A stretch of DNA of 64,000 nucleotides, from contig DATKDI010000081.1 of assembly GCA_035512775.1 (NCBI GenBank), positions 7,495 to 71,494 of the forward strand, given 5' to 3'. The notes beneath the pieces are model-generated. The model worked only from the letters and a program-made list of their open reading frames with translations. It was not told the DNA's origin and did not search any database. Below are positions 38,776-47,451 of the stretch, piece after piece. The stretch comes from Actinomycetota bacterium (GTDB lineage: Bacteria > Actinomycetota > UBA4738 > HRBIN12). Positions within the stretch are counted from its first letter, which is position 1. Each line of letters opens with the position of its first letter. A program made the translations under genes and the position numbers.

Positions 38776-39564
38776 GTGGCCGAGCTGAAGGGGTTCTTCC
38801 CGCCGCGTTCACCCGAAGGCAAGGCGTCGCTCGTGCCCGCGCCGCCCTGGCATTACTCGGGCGACGTCCTCACGATCGAATACCGGACGGATCCCGGTCG
38901 GGTCGCCGCGCTTCTTCCGCAAGGCGTCGAGCCGGCCGACGAGGATCCCGGAGCCGTCGCGGTCATCTGGGCGGACTGGCAGTCGTGCAGCGACTCGGGC
39001 GAGGAGCTGTTGGACCCCGTCCGCTCCCAGTACAAGGAATGCTTCGTCGTCGTCCGGTGCCGGTACGAGGGCGAGACGTACTCGCGCTGCGTCTACATCT
39101 GGGTCGACAAGGACTTCGCGCTCGCCCGCGGCTGGTACCAGGGCTATCCGAAGAAGCTCGGCTCGATCTGGATGACGCGTCCGGTGACCGTGGGGCGCGC
39201 CGGGCCTCGGCTCGGCGCCGGGGGAGCCTTCGGCGCCACGCTTGCGGCGAACGACCGGCGCCTCGCCGAAGCCCGCTTGACGCTGACCGGCGAGTCGGAG
39301 TCGGGTGGCTTCGTGAACGCCCTGCCGATGCTGCACTCCCGCTGGATGCCCTCGATCGAGAAGGACAGCGGGGATTCGATGGCCGAGCTCGTGACGATGG
39401 GGTCCCGCGACGTGGAGGTCGGCCCGGCCTACACCGGCGACGCCGAGATCCGGCTCTTCGAAGCGCCGCGGGAGGAGCTCGCCGCCTTGGAGCCCCGCGA
39501 GACGATCGCCGGCTACTGGCGTCAGGTCGGCGCGACCTTCGACGGCGGCACCAGGCTCGGCTAG
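38776..39564 (+). CDS. Acetoacetate decarboxylase superfamily protein
   Basis: PPPWHYSGD, YKECFV, IWVD.DFAL.RGW.QGYPKKLG (Schiff-base lysine); GTG 8 nt after TAGACT. Confidence 0.88.
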   Translation: MAELKGFFPPRSPEGKASLVPAPPWHYSGDVLTIEYRTDPGRVAALLPQGVEPADEDPGAVAVIWADWQSCSDSGEELLDPVRSQYKECFVVVRCRYEGETYSRCVYIWVDKDFALARGWYQGYPKKLGSIWMTRPVTVGRAGPRLGAGGAFGATLAANDRRLAEARLTLTGESESGGFVNALPMLHSRWMPSIEKDSGDSMAELVTMGSRDVEVGPAYTGDAEIRLFEAPREELAALEPRETIAGYWRQVGATFDGGTRLG

Positions 39565-40326
39565 ATGCGCCTCGTCCGATTCCGGCACGGCGATCGCATC
39601 GCGACCGGCGCGATCGAGCCGGGCTCCGACGACATCAAGATCCTCCGCGGCACGTTCTTCGAGGATCCTCTCCCGTCGGGCGAGACGGTCGCGCTCGGCG
39701 ATGTCCTTCTCCTCGCACCGGTGCTTCCTTCCAAGCTCGTCTGCGTGGGAAGGAACTACGTCGCGCACGCCGAGGAATGGGGTCTCACCGTGCCCGAGGA
39801 GCCGCTGCTGTTCCTCAAGCCCTCAACGGCGGTGATCGGGCCCGGCGATCCGATCAAGCTGCTCCCCATCAGCAAGCGGGTCGACTACGAGGGCGAGCTC
39901 GGGGTCGTGATCGGCCGTCTGGCCCGCGGTGTCCGCGCGGAGGACGCCTACAAGTTCATCCTCGGATATACATGCGGAAACGACGTCACGCTCCGGGACC
40001 TGCAGAAGACCGACGACCAGTGGGCGCGCGCGAAGGGCTTCGACGGGTCGGCGCCTCTCGGCCCCTGGATCGAGACCGACCTTGATCCGAACGATGTGAT
40101 CGTCCGCACGAGCCTGAACGGAGAGATCCGCCAGCAGGCATCGACCGCCGAGATGGTCTTCGGTGTGGCGACGCTGATCGAATACATCACGGTGTTCATG
40201 ACGCTGCTCCCCGGCGACGTGGTGCTCACGGGTACGCCGGAGGGCGTGGGCAAGCTCACCGACGGAGACGTCGTGGAGGTCGAGGTCGAGGGTGTCGGCG
40301 TGTTGCGGAACGAGGTGCGCGGGTGA
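39565..40326 (+). CDS. Fumarylacetoacetate hydrolase family protein (gltX-linked type)
   Basis: KLVCVGRNY, FLKP, DYEGEL, NDVTLRD, WARAKGFD, LTGTPEG. Confidence 0.93.
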   Translation: MRLVRFRHGDRIATGAIEPGSDDIKILRGTFFEDPLPSGETVALGDVLLLAPVLPSKLVCVGRNYVAHAEEWGLTVPEEPLLFLKPSTAVIGPGDPIKLLPISKRVDYEGELGVVIGRLARGVRAEDAYKFILGYTCGNDVTLRDLQKTDDQWARAKGFDGSAPLGPWIETDLDPNDVIVRTSLNGEIRQQASTAEMVFGVATLIEYITVFMTLLPGDVVLTGTPEGVGKLTDGDVVEVEVEGVGVLRNEVRG

Positions 40327-41744
40327 CGGTCCGATGCCGATTCGCACCCGCCCCCTCGGGGTCGATCCATGTGGGGAACGCGAGGAGCGCGCTGTTCTCG
40401 TGGCTCTTCGCCCGTCATCACGACGGTGTCTTCACCCTCCGGATCGAAGATACGGACGCGAGCCGCGTCACCGAAGAGGCCTCTCAAGGCGTGCTCGACG
40501 ATCTTCGCTGGCTCGGCCTCGATTGGGACGAGGGCCCCGATGTCGGCGGGCCGAACGGGCCGTACCGGCAATCCGAGCGACTGGACACCTACCGGCAGAT
40601 GTCCGAACGGCTTCTCGAGGCAGGCCATGCCTACCGGTGCTTCTGCACGCCGGAGGAGCTCGACGAGCGCCGGAAGGCGGCGCTCGCCCGGGGCGAGCCG
40701 CCCGGATACGACGGCCGCTGCCGGAACCTCACCGACGAGGAGCGCGCGGCGTTCGAATCGGAGGGCCGGTCGTTCGCGATCCGATTCCACATGCCCGAAC
40801 GGGAGTGGGTGATCGAGGATCTGGTGAAGGGCGAGGTCCGTTGGGGGCCTCGCGACCTCGGCGACTTCGTGATCGTGCGTTCGGACGGCACGCCCGTGTT
40901 CCTGCTGGCGGTCGCGGTCGACGACATGCTGATGGAGGTCACCCACGTGGTTCGAGGCGACGATCTCCTCGCGAGCGCGCCTCGCAACGCGGCGGTGATC
41001 GAGGCGCTCGGGGGGACGCCGCCCGCCTACGCGCATCTGCCGCAGGTGCTGGGCCCGGATTCCAAGCCGCTGTCGAAGCGCCACGGTGCGACGAGCGTCG
41101 CTGCTTTCCGGGAACAGGGATCCCTCCCGGAGGCGCTGGTGAACTACCTCGCGCTCCTCGGATGGGCGAAGGACGACCACACCACGTTCCTTTCTCGAGT
41201 CGAGCTGATCGAGGCCTTCGACTTGTCGCACGTCTCACGCAACCCTGCGGTCTTCGACACACAGAAGCTCGAGTGGATGAACAACCACTACATCCAGTCG
41301 TTGGATGAGGACGACCTCGCGGCCCGATGCGTCCCGTTCCTCACGTCGGAGGGTCTGTCCGTTGACCCCTTGCTGCTCCGCCGGGCCATCCCCATCATCC
41401 GGGAACGCATGAAGACCCTCACCGAGGCGCCCGTGCTGCTCCGCTTCCTGTTCACCGACGACGTCGTGCCGAACGAGAAGGCCTCGGCGCTGATCGCGAA
41501 GGCTCCTGAGGGATATCTCAAGGCGACGGCCGATGCGCTCGATGCCTTGGGGACATGGGATACCGAGCACATCCAGGCGGTTCTGGACGGACTGGCGTCG
41601 GAGGCGGGACTGAGCCGGACGAAGGGCTGGCAGCCTATCCGCGCCGCCGTGACGGCATCGAACGTGTCGCCGCCCCTGCCGGAGTCGCTCGCCCTGTTGG
41701 GCAAGGAGCGCACGGTGGCACGGCTCCGCGCCGCCGCCGCGTGA
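40323..41744 (+). CDS. gltX: Glutamate--tRNA ligase
   Basis: RFAPAPSG, HVGN (HIGH), RIEDTD, CFC..EL, KPLSKRHG (KMSKS). Confidence 0.97.
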   Translation: MTVRCRFAPAPSGSIHVGNARSALFSWLFARHHDGVFTLRIEDTDASRVTEEASQGVLDDLRWLGLDWDEGPDVGGPNGPYRQSERLDTYRQMSERLLEAGHAYRCFCTPEELDERRKAALARGEPPGYDGRCRNLTDEERAAFESEGRSFAIRFHMPEREWVIEDLVKGEVRWGPRDLGDFVIVRSDGTPVFLLAVAVDDMLMEVTHVVRGDDLLASAPRNAAVIEALGGTPPAYAHLPQVLGPDSKPLSKRHGATSVAAFREQGSLPEALVNYLALLGWAKDDHTTFLSRVELIEAFDLSHVSRNPAVFDTQKLEWMNNHYIQSLDEDDLAARCVPFLTSEGLSVDPLLLRRAIPIIRERMKTLTEAPVLLRFLFTDDVVPNEKASALIAKAPEGYLKATADALDALGTWDTEHIQAVLDGLASEAGLSRTKGWQPIRAAVTASNVSPPLPESLALLGKERTVARLRAAAA

Positions 41745-42514
41745 CCGTCGCAGCGCTCCTGCTCGTCTCCGCCCTCGCCGCCACGCCCGCTCCGTTCATG
41801 GCGCGACCCGTCCACGCTTCCCCGATCCACGGCGCCCCGACGAACCGCGCCGCGTCGGTCGCGGCGACCGTGCCTCGCACACCCGACGTCGCCTCTCTTC
41901 GGCCGCGGATCCTGTGGAAGCCGATCCCGTACGGCGAGCGCCGCCGCAACCAGATGGCCGCGTACTCGAGTCGTCACTACGGTCAGTGGACGTGGCGGCT
42001 GCGAGCCCCCGTCGCCGTCGTCCAGCACTACACGACCGGCACCACGTGGCAGGGTGCGTGGAACACCTTCGCCGCGAACTCACCCCACCTGGGCGAGTAT
42101 CCGGGCACGTGCACCCACTTCATCGTCCACACCGACGGCCGGATCTTCCAGCTCGTGCCGCTCTGGATCCGTTGCCGACACGTGATCGGGATGAACCACC
42201 TCTCGATCGGGATCGAGCACGTCGGCCGCTCCGACGCCGAGGTCATCCGGAACGCGCGCCAGATGAACGCGTCCTTGAAGCTCACGCTCTGGCTCGTGGC
42301 GAAGTTCCAGATCCAGAATCGGAACGTGATCGGGCACGGCGAGAGCCTCCAGAGCCCGCTGCGGTACGAGCGATACGCCGCCTGGAAGTGCAGGTCGCAC
42401 ACCGACATGGCTCGACCCGCGATGAGGACCTATCGGGGATGGCTGCGGGATCGGTCCCGTGTCGCCGGGGTGCCCATCGGCCCGGCACCGGAATGGGTCG
42501 ACATCGGCTGCTGA
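41741..42514 (+). CDS. Secreted N-acetylmuramoyl-L-alanine amidase (Amidase_2/PGRP-like)
   Basis: Signal peptide; VQHYT, THFIV..DG.I.QLVP, SIGIEH, IGHGE. Confidence 0.85.
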   Translation: MTVAALLLVSALAATPAPFMARPVHASPIHGAPTNRAASVAATVPRTPDVASLRPRILWKPIPYGERRRNQMAAYSSRHYGQWTWRLRAPVAVVQHYTTGTTWQGAWNTFAANSPHLGEYPGTCTHFIVHTDGRIFQLVPLWIRCRHVIGMNHLSIGIEHVGRSDAEVIRNARQMNASLKLTLWLVAKFQIQNRNVIGHGESLQSPLRYERYAAWKCRSHTDMARPAMRTYRGWLRDRSRVAGVPIGPAPEWVDIGC

Positions 42515-42577
42515 TCCGGAGAGATGGCTTCCCTCGACGAGGGCCCCTGGTCTAGGATTGGGTTCCAGGAGGCGCCC

Positions 42578-42799
42578 GTGTCGAAGGTCCTGAACCTGCC
42601 CGAGCGCCAGGACGCCGAGGGATCCTGGCACATGGTCCTGAAGGACGTGTGCGGTTGGTGTGGATGCGGATATCTCGTCGCCGAGGACGACCACGACCTC
42701 GTCTGGGAGCCGGGCCGCCACCACGACAAGCACTGCTCCGACGACGAATGCGAGTGCCACACCCGTGCTCGCGTCGGGCGGCGACACGACGAATGGTGA
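42578..42799 (+). CDS. Small Cys/His-rich hypothetical protein
   Basis: SD AGGAGG before GTG; CGWCGC and HHDKHCSDDECECH. Confidence 0.65.
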   Translation: MSKVLNLPERQDAEGSWHMVLKDVCGWCGCGYLVAEDDHDLVWEPGRHHDKHCSDDECECHTRARVGRRHDEW

Positions 42800-42974
42800 G
42801 ACGCGCGCGGCGCTGATCCCCCCCGACGACCTCCCTCAGATGCTTCGGAACTAGCCCGTATGGGCCATCCGGCCTTCCTACACGTATGTCTGCAAGAGCC
42901 GACGGAAGCCAGATGTGCGCTTCGGCCATGAGGCCTACTGTCGGAGCACGACTCCCATGGACGGAGGAGCTCGG

Positions 42975-43274
42975 ATGGTTGGTGAAGACGGATCGGTCAC
43001 GATCGAGGTCGCGGCTGAACTGATGAACATCGAGGTGCGAGCGATCAGGGAATGGTCGGCGATCGGGTCCCTGCAGATCGAACGACGAGGAGACTCGGAG
43101 GTCGTGCACCTCGGTCAGGTGAAGGCGCTGGCTCGCTCGCCGATCGGGCCGGACGGAGGCGTGGAGACGCACCCGGGAGCTCTCCGTGAGCTCCTCCGTG
43201 AAACCACGGTGGACACGCAGAGCCTCGCCGGACTGCAGGAGCTCGCTCGTGAACGGAGCACGGCCGGCGACTGA
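42975..43274 (+). CDS. Hypothetical protein with MerR/excisionase-like HTH
   Basis: SD GGAGGA; VTIEVAAELMNIEVRAIREWSAIGSL resembles an HTH_17-type fold. Confidence 0.55.
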   Translation: MVGEDGSVTIEVAAELMNIEVRAIREWSAIGSLQIERRGDSEVVHLGQVKALARSPIGPDGGVETHPGALRELLRETTVDTQSLAGLQELARERSTAGD

Positions 43275-43382
43275 CCCCTGTCGCGTCGCTCCATCGGCAG
43301 GATCGACGAACCTTGCACACCAGTCTGTGAAGCGTCGGCCTGTCGGGTGAGTGCCTTGCGCGAGGGGCTAGACTCGCGCGCG

Positions 43383-43643
43383 ATGACTGGGGATCCGATG
43401 GACGACGCCTCCGATCGGTTGTTGAAGGTCATCGAGGAGTTCGAGCGTGTTGCCGAGTCGGCGACCCCCGATGAGGCTGCGGCTTCGTTCGACGAGCCCA
43501 CGCTGCAGGTCTTCTGGCAGAGCTGGCCGCACGCGAGCTCCTGGGCGGGCGCCCTCTGGCGTCGTCTCAACGAGAACCTCGCAGACGCCGCGATACCGGA
43601 AGACCGGTCCGATTTCCACGAAGTCGGTGGCGAGGGCGGCTGA
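43383..43643 (+). CDS. Small acidic hypothetical protein
   Basis: Compact ORF with protein-like composition (LQVFWQSWPHASSWAGALW); start uncertain. Confidence 0.6.
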   Translation: MTGDPMDDASDRLLKVIEEFERVAESATPDEAAASFDEPTLQVFWQSWPHASSWAGALWRRLNENLADAAIPEDRSDFHEVGGEGG

Positions 43644-43663
43644 GAGGGGATCGAGGGCTACAC

Positions 43664-44047
43664 ATGGCCATCCTGAAGGAGATCATGACCGGTCAGGTGT
43701 TCACGACCACGAGTGACACCTCGGTCGCAGAGGTGGCCTCCAGCATGCTGAAAGGGCGGTTCGGATCCGCCGTCGTGATGGAGGGTTCGTGGTTGAGCGG
43801 CATCTTCACCGAACGCGACGTGCTCCGCGCGGCGGCGTCGGGATCCGATCTGACCTCCTCGGCCGTCTCGGAATGGATGACCAGCGACCCTGTGACCGCG
43901 GACGCGGACATGGATGCGGACGAAGCCACCGAGGTCATGATGAGCCGTGGCTTCCGGCACCTGCCGGTCGTGGAGGGGAAGACCCTCATCGGGATCGTGA
44001 GCCTTCGCGACATCCTGCGAACGCGGATCCGGCGCCCGCAGCCCTAG
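43664..44047 (+). CDS. Stand-alone tandem CBS domain protein
   Basis: EIMT, GIFTERDVL, EWMT.DP, FRHLPVV, GIVSLRDI. Confidence 0.92.
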   Translation: MAILKEIMTGQVFTTTSDTSVAEVASSMLKGRFGSAVVMEGSWLSGIFTERDVLRAAASGSDLTSSAVSEWMTSDPVTADADMDADEATEVMMSRGFRHLPVVEGKTLIGIVSLRDILRTRIRRPQP

Positions 44048-44084
44048 GACTCGAGAACCCGCACCGACGTTGGGGAACCGCCCG

Positions 44085-44771
44085 CTACTTCCAGGCGTGG
44101 AGGATCAGACGACCTTCCTCGATCAGCTCCGGATGCTTGCGCTCGATCCGCCGGAAGCCGACGTCGCGGAGCATCGCCTCCACGGCCGGGGGGTTCGCCC
44201 CCCACCAGTTCGTCGGGTCATCGTTCAGCTCGGTTCCCGGATAGAAGAGCATGACTGGGTCGGGGTCTTCGACCTTCGCCGTGTGCGAGTCGAAGATCAG
44301 TTGATCGCCCGTCACGCTTGCGACGCGCTCGAGCGCGAGCAGCGGATGTCGGAGGTGGTACAGCACGCCGACGAACAGCACCAGATCGAACGTTCCGACC
44401 TTTTCGGGCGAGAGGTCCATCACGTCGATCTCGAGGTCGTCGGCCCGCGAACCGAGGATCCGGCTCGCCGTGAGGAAGCCCTCCTTCGTTCCCCAGCCCT
44501 CCCCACTCCAGCAATAGGAGTCGGTGGCGAGGACGCGGCTGGCGCCCCGCCTCTCGGCTTCGAACGTGAAGACCCCGTCCCAGGCCCCGATGTCCAGCAC
44601 GCTCTTGCCGGAGAGGTCCGAAGGCAGCTCGAGCGGGGCCATCCGGCTCGGCGTGTCGTCGACGCCGGGCGTGACGATGCCGTCCCCAAGATCGATCCGG
44701 TGGTACCAGTTGACGTCGGCGATCTCCGCCTTGACCTTCTCGATGTCCTGGAAGCCACTACTTCGGTTCAT
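44085..44771 (-). CDS. Class I SAM-dependent methyltransferase (CmoB/DUF1698-like)
   Basis: WYHRIDLGDG..TPG, VLDIGAWDG, FVGVLYHLRHP, NWWG.N. Confidence 0.85.
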   Translation of the reverse strand: MNRSSGFQDIEKVKAEIADVNWYHRIDLGDGIVTPGVDDTPSRMAPLELPSDLSGKSVLDIGAWDGVFTFEAERRGASRVLATDSYCWSGEGWGTKEGFLTASRILGSRADDLEIDVMDLSPEKVGTFDLVLFVGVLYHLRHPLLALERVASVTGDQLIFDSHTAKVEDPDPVMLFYPGTELNDDPTNWWGANPPAVEAMLRDVGFRRIERKHPELIEEGRLILHAWK

Positions 44772-44853
44772 CGCTTCGGCCCTCGTGCGATCCGCATCGA
44801 CTCTCGATCTCCGCTGCATCCTAGCGTTGTGCCGGAGGGCACATCGTCACGCC

Positions 44854-44900
44854 TGGTAGTCCCAACGGGATCTGAACCCATGTCTTCACCTTGAGAGGGT
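44854..44900 (-). repeat. tRNA-Glu 3'-half copy A (att-like), ending in encoded CCA
   Basis: 44857-44900 matches tRNA 54900-54943 with 2 mismatches; TGG at 44854-44856 reads CCA on the minus strand. Confidence 0.95.
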
Positions 44901-45279
44901 TCTCGGGGCCGGTTCCACTACCTGCGACGATGACCGAGCTCGTGCTGCCGACCTGCGGATTCCTTGCTCGATGGTTCCCATCGTTACTTGACGGGTCCCG
45001 GTCGTTCGCGGGACGAATGCGGGACGAATGAGCCGCCCGCCGCGTGTGGGCATCAGGTCGTGAAGCACAGGCGGCCACGAGGAGAGAGCGCGCTCAGGCC
45101 AGCCCCCCAAAGAAGAGTCAATCCGAGAGGTCGAGGCCGATTGGGTCCGGCCAGCGGCATGGCCCGAAGCAGGGCCAGGAGTCTGGTCGCCTCATATGGC
45201 CGCGTGAGCGCTTCTCCTGCACCCATGCAGCGAGCGCGGCACCTCCGAACCGAGCGCACCAGGCTCGGAGGAGGTGAGA

Positions 45280-45578
45280 GTGACCGAACCACCCTGGGGC
45301 TCGTTGCGGCCAGCTGGGGCGTGATCATGGCGTTATCGCCGGTCATGCAGATCCGCTGGATGATGCGCCTCAGATCCTCTCGTGACGTGTCGATCGGCTA
45401 CCTGCTTGTCATCGTCGTGGGGTTCGCGATCTGGATCGCCTACGGGATCGTGATCCGCGATCCCGCGGTCGTTGGCCCCTACACCGTCGCGTTCATCGTG
45501 GGGCTGGGGACGATCGCGGTCGCCGTCCACTTGCGGAAGCTGCAGGAGCGCCGAGCCACGCACGCCAAGGTTCCATGA
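45280..45578 (+). pseudogene. SemiSWEET/PQ-loop family small transporter, apparent 1-nt frameshift just after the start
   Basis: SPVMQI...SSRDVS...GF.IW..YG...D..V...N-like pattern in the reading frame from ~45282. SD GGAGG and GTG (45280) are out of frame with it. Confidence 0.65.
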
Positions 45579-46187
45579 CCGATCGGGTTGCCGCCGGAGT
45601 TGGTTGCGATGACGGCCACGCAGGGAGAGGACGGCCGTGGTCCAAAGGTTTGCCGTTCTGCTGGCCTGCTGGATGGGCGAGCGAACCTCGGTCACGAGAT
45701 GACGGTGGAACCGCGCCGGGCGGACCCGGCCGAGGCAAGGCGTGACCCCGGAGGCTAAGTGGGTGCGTTGTGTTGAGGGCGAGAGGAGAGACTGGGGAAC
45801 CCTCGGGTGAGCAGCGCAGGAAGAGGCGGCCTTGGCGACGATCGCCCGAGACGCCATGGATAACGTGCCGCACGCTCGGGGTCGGAGCCCCATTCCATCC
45901 GAACGGTCTCAACAACCGACCGGGCTTCGGTCTGTGTTCAACTACGAATGATGATGCGAGTCCGGCGACACAGCGCCTGCATGATCGGTATGGCGATCGC
46001 GGTCCCCGGCGGGACGGCGCAGGCACCCACGGCTGGCCGGGCCTTCATCGCCAGCGTGGCTCCCTTTCGACGCCTCGTCTCCATGGTCGGGCTGTTCGTC
46101 GACCCCGCTAGGCCTCAACGGCGGCACCCTGTTCTGTTCCCCGTCCCGGTGGTCGCTTCCCGTTGGTCACATCGGCGGGCGGGTTAG

Positions 46188-47420
46188 ATGTCGGGTCCTC
46201 CCGATGACGACAAGGCTGTCCGATCCGTTCGTCAGCGGATGGCCATCCCGGTGGCCGAGTTCCTTCGCACTGAAGCTGCCGGCGGGGTGCTGTTGGTCCT
46301 GGCGACATTGGGCGCGCTCGTGTGGGCGAACAGCCCGTGGGATGAGTCCTACCGGGACCTCTGGCACCATGAGCTGAGCATTGGAGTCGGCCGGTTTGCC
46401 ATAAGCGAAGACCTCGGCCACTGGATCAACGACGGACTGATGGCTGTGTTCTTCTTCGTCGTCGGTTTGGAGATCAAGCGCGAACTCGTGGTGGGCGAGT
46501 TGAGCGACCCGCGGGCGGCAAGCCTTCCGGTCCTGGCCGCGCTCGGCGGGATGGTCGTGCCGGCGGTGTTGTTCATCGCCATAGCAGGAGGCGGCGAGGC
46601 AGGACGGGGCTGGGGCATCCCGATGGCGACCGACATCGCATTCGTCGTCGGGGTGCTGGCGCTGCTCGGCTCCCGCGTCCCTTCGGGTCTCAAGCTGTTC
46701 CTGCTGACCTTGGCGATCGTCGATGACCTCGGCGCGATCGCCGTGATTGCCGTCTTCTACTCCGAAGGTATCGACGCCGCCTGGCTGGCCGGGGCAGGCG
46801 CGTCCCTCCTGCTCGTCGTCGTCGCCCGCCGGCTCGGGCTGCGCTCGCCGCTGGCGTACGTGCCGCTCGCCCTGGCGGCATGGGTGTGTACCCTCGAGTC
46901 CGGGGTCCACGCCACCGTGGCCGGGGTCGGGCTCGGCCTGCTGACGCCGGCACGTCCATTTCGAGGTCAGCCGGTGCTCGAGAATCTCGAGCACCGGCTC
47001 CATCCATGGAGCAGCTTCTTGATCGTGCCGGTGTTCGCGCTGGCCAACGCCGGTGTGGATCTTGGATCGGGCGCGGTCGGATCCGCGCTCGGCGGTCGAA
47101 TCGCGTGGGCGGTGATCGTCGGGTTGCTGGTTGGAAAGACGTTCGGTATCGCCGCGTTCGCCGCGCTCGGTCTGCGGCTCCGGGCCGGCACGCTCCCCGC
47201 CGACGTACGGCTCGGCCACACCGTGGGAGCCGGTGCCCTAGCCGGCATCGGCTTCACCGTGTCGCTGTTCGTCACAGGCCTTGCGTTCGACACGCCAGAC
47301 CTGATCGCAGACGCGAAGATCGGCATCCTCGCCGCTTCGATCCTGGCCGGCACGTTGGGCACCACCGTGCTCCTCACGCTGCGCCGCCACCCGGCAACGT
47401 CCTCGGGCTCCGGTCGATGA
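46188..47420 (+). CDS. nhaA: Na+/H+ antiporter NhaA
   Basis: WINDGLMAVFF, EIKREL, GWGIPMATDIAF, LAIVDDLGA, GIGFTVSLF. Confidence 0.96.
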   Translation: MSGPPDDDKAVRSVRQRMAIPVAEFLRTEAAGGVLLVLATLGALVWANSPWDESYRDLWHHELSIGVGRFAISEDLGHWINDGLMAVFFFVVGLEIKRELVVGELSDPRAASLPVLAALGGMVVPAVLFIAIAGGGEAGRGWGIPMATDIAFVVGVLALLGSRVPSGLKLFLLTLAIVDDLGAIAVIAVFYSEGIDAAWLAGAGASLLLVVVARRLGLRSPLAYVPLALAAWVCTLESGVHATVAGVGLGLLTPARPFRGQPVLENLEHRLHPWSSFLIVPVFALANAGVDLGSGAVGSALGGRIAWAVIVGLLVGKTFGIAAFAALGLRLRAGTLPADVRLGHTVGAGALAGIGFTVSLFVTGLAFDTPDLIADAKIGILAASILAGTLGTTVLLTLRRHPATSSGSGR

Positions 47421-47451
47421 CCGGGCATTCCGACCTGTCCGCTCGAGCGCC

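Noticed and set aside
42975-43274. Excisionase belonging to the tRNA islands
   Set aside because: It lies 1.6 kb outside att copy A among apparently chromosomal genes; the HTH similarity is weak.
44857-44900. Additional tRNA genes at 44857 and 52451
   Set aside because: Only the 3' half is present (no D-arm or 5' acceptor strand); these are att-like repeats.
45900-46187. nhaA-associated riboswitch or fluoride riboswitch upstream of nhaA
   Set aside because: I could not match the consensus elements by eye; an Rfam/Infernal scan is needed to exclude it fully.
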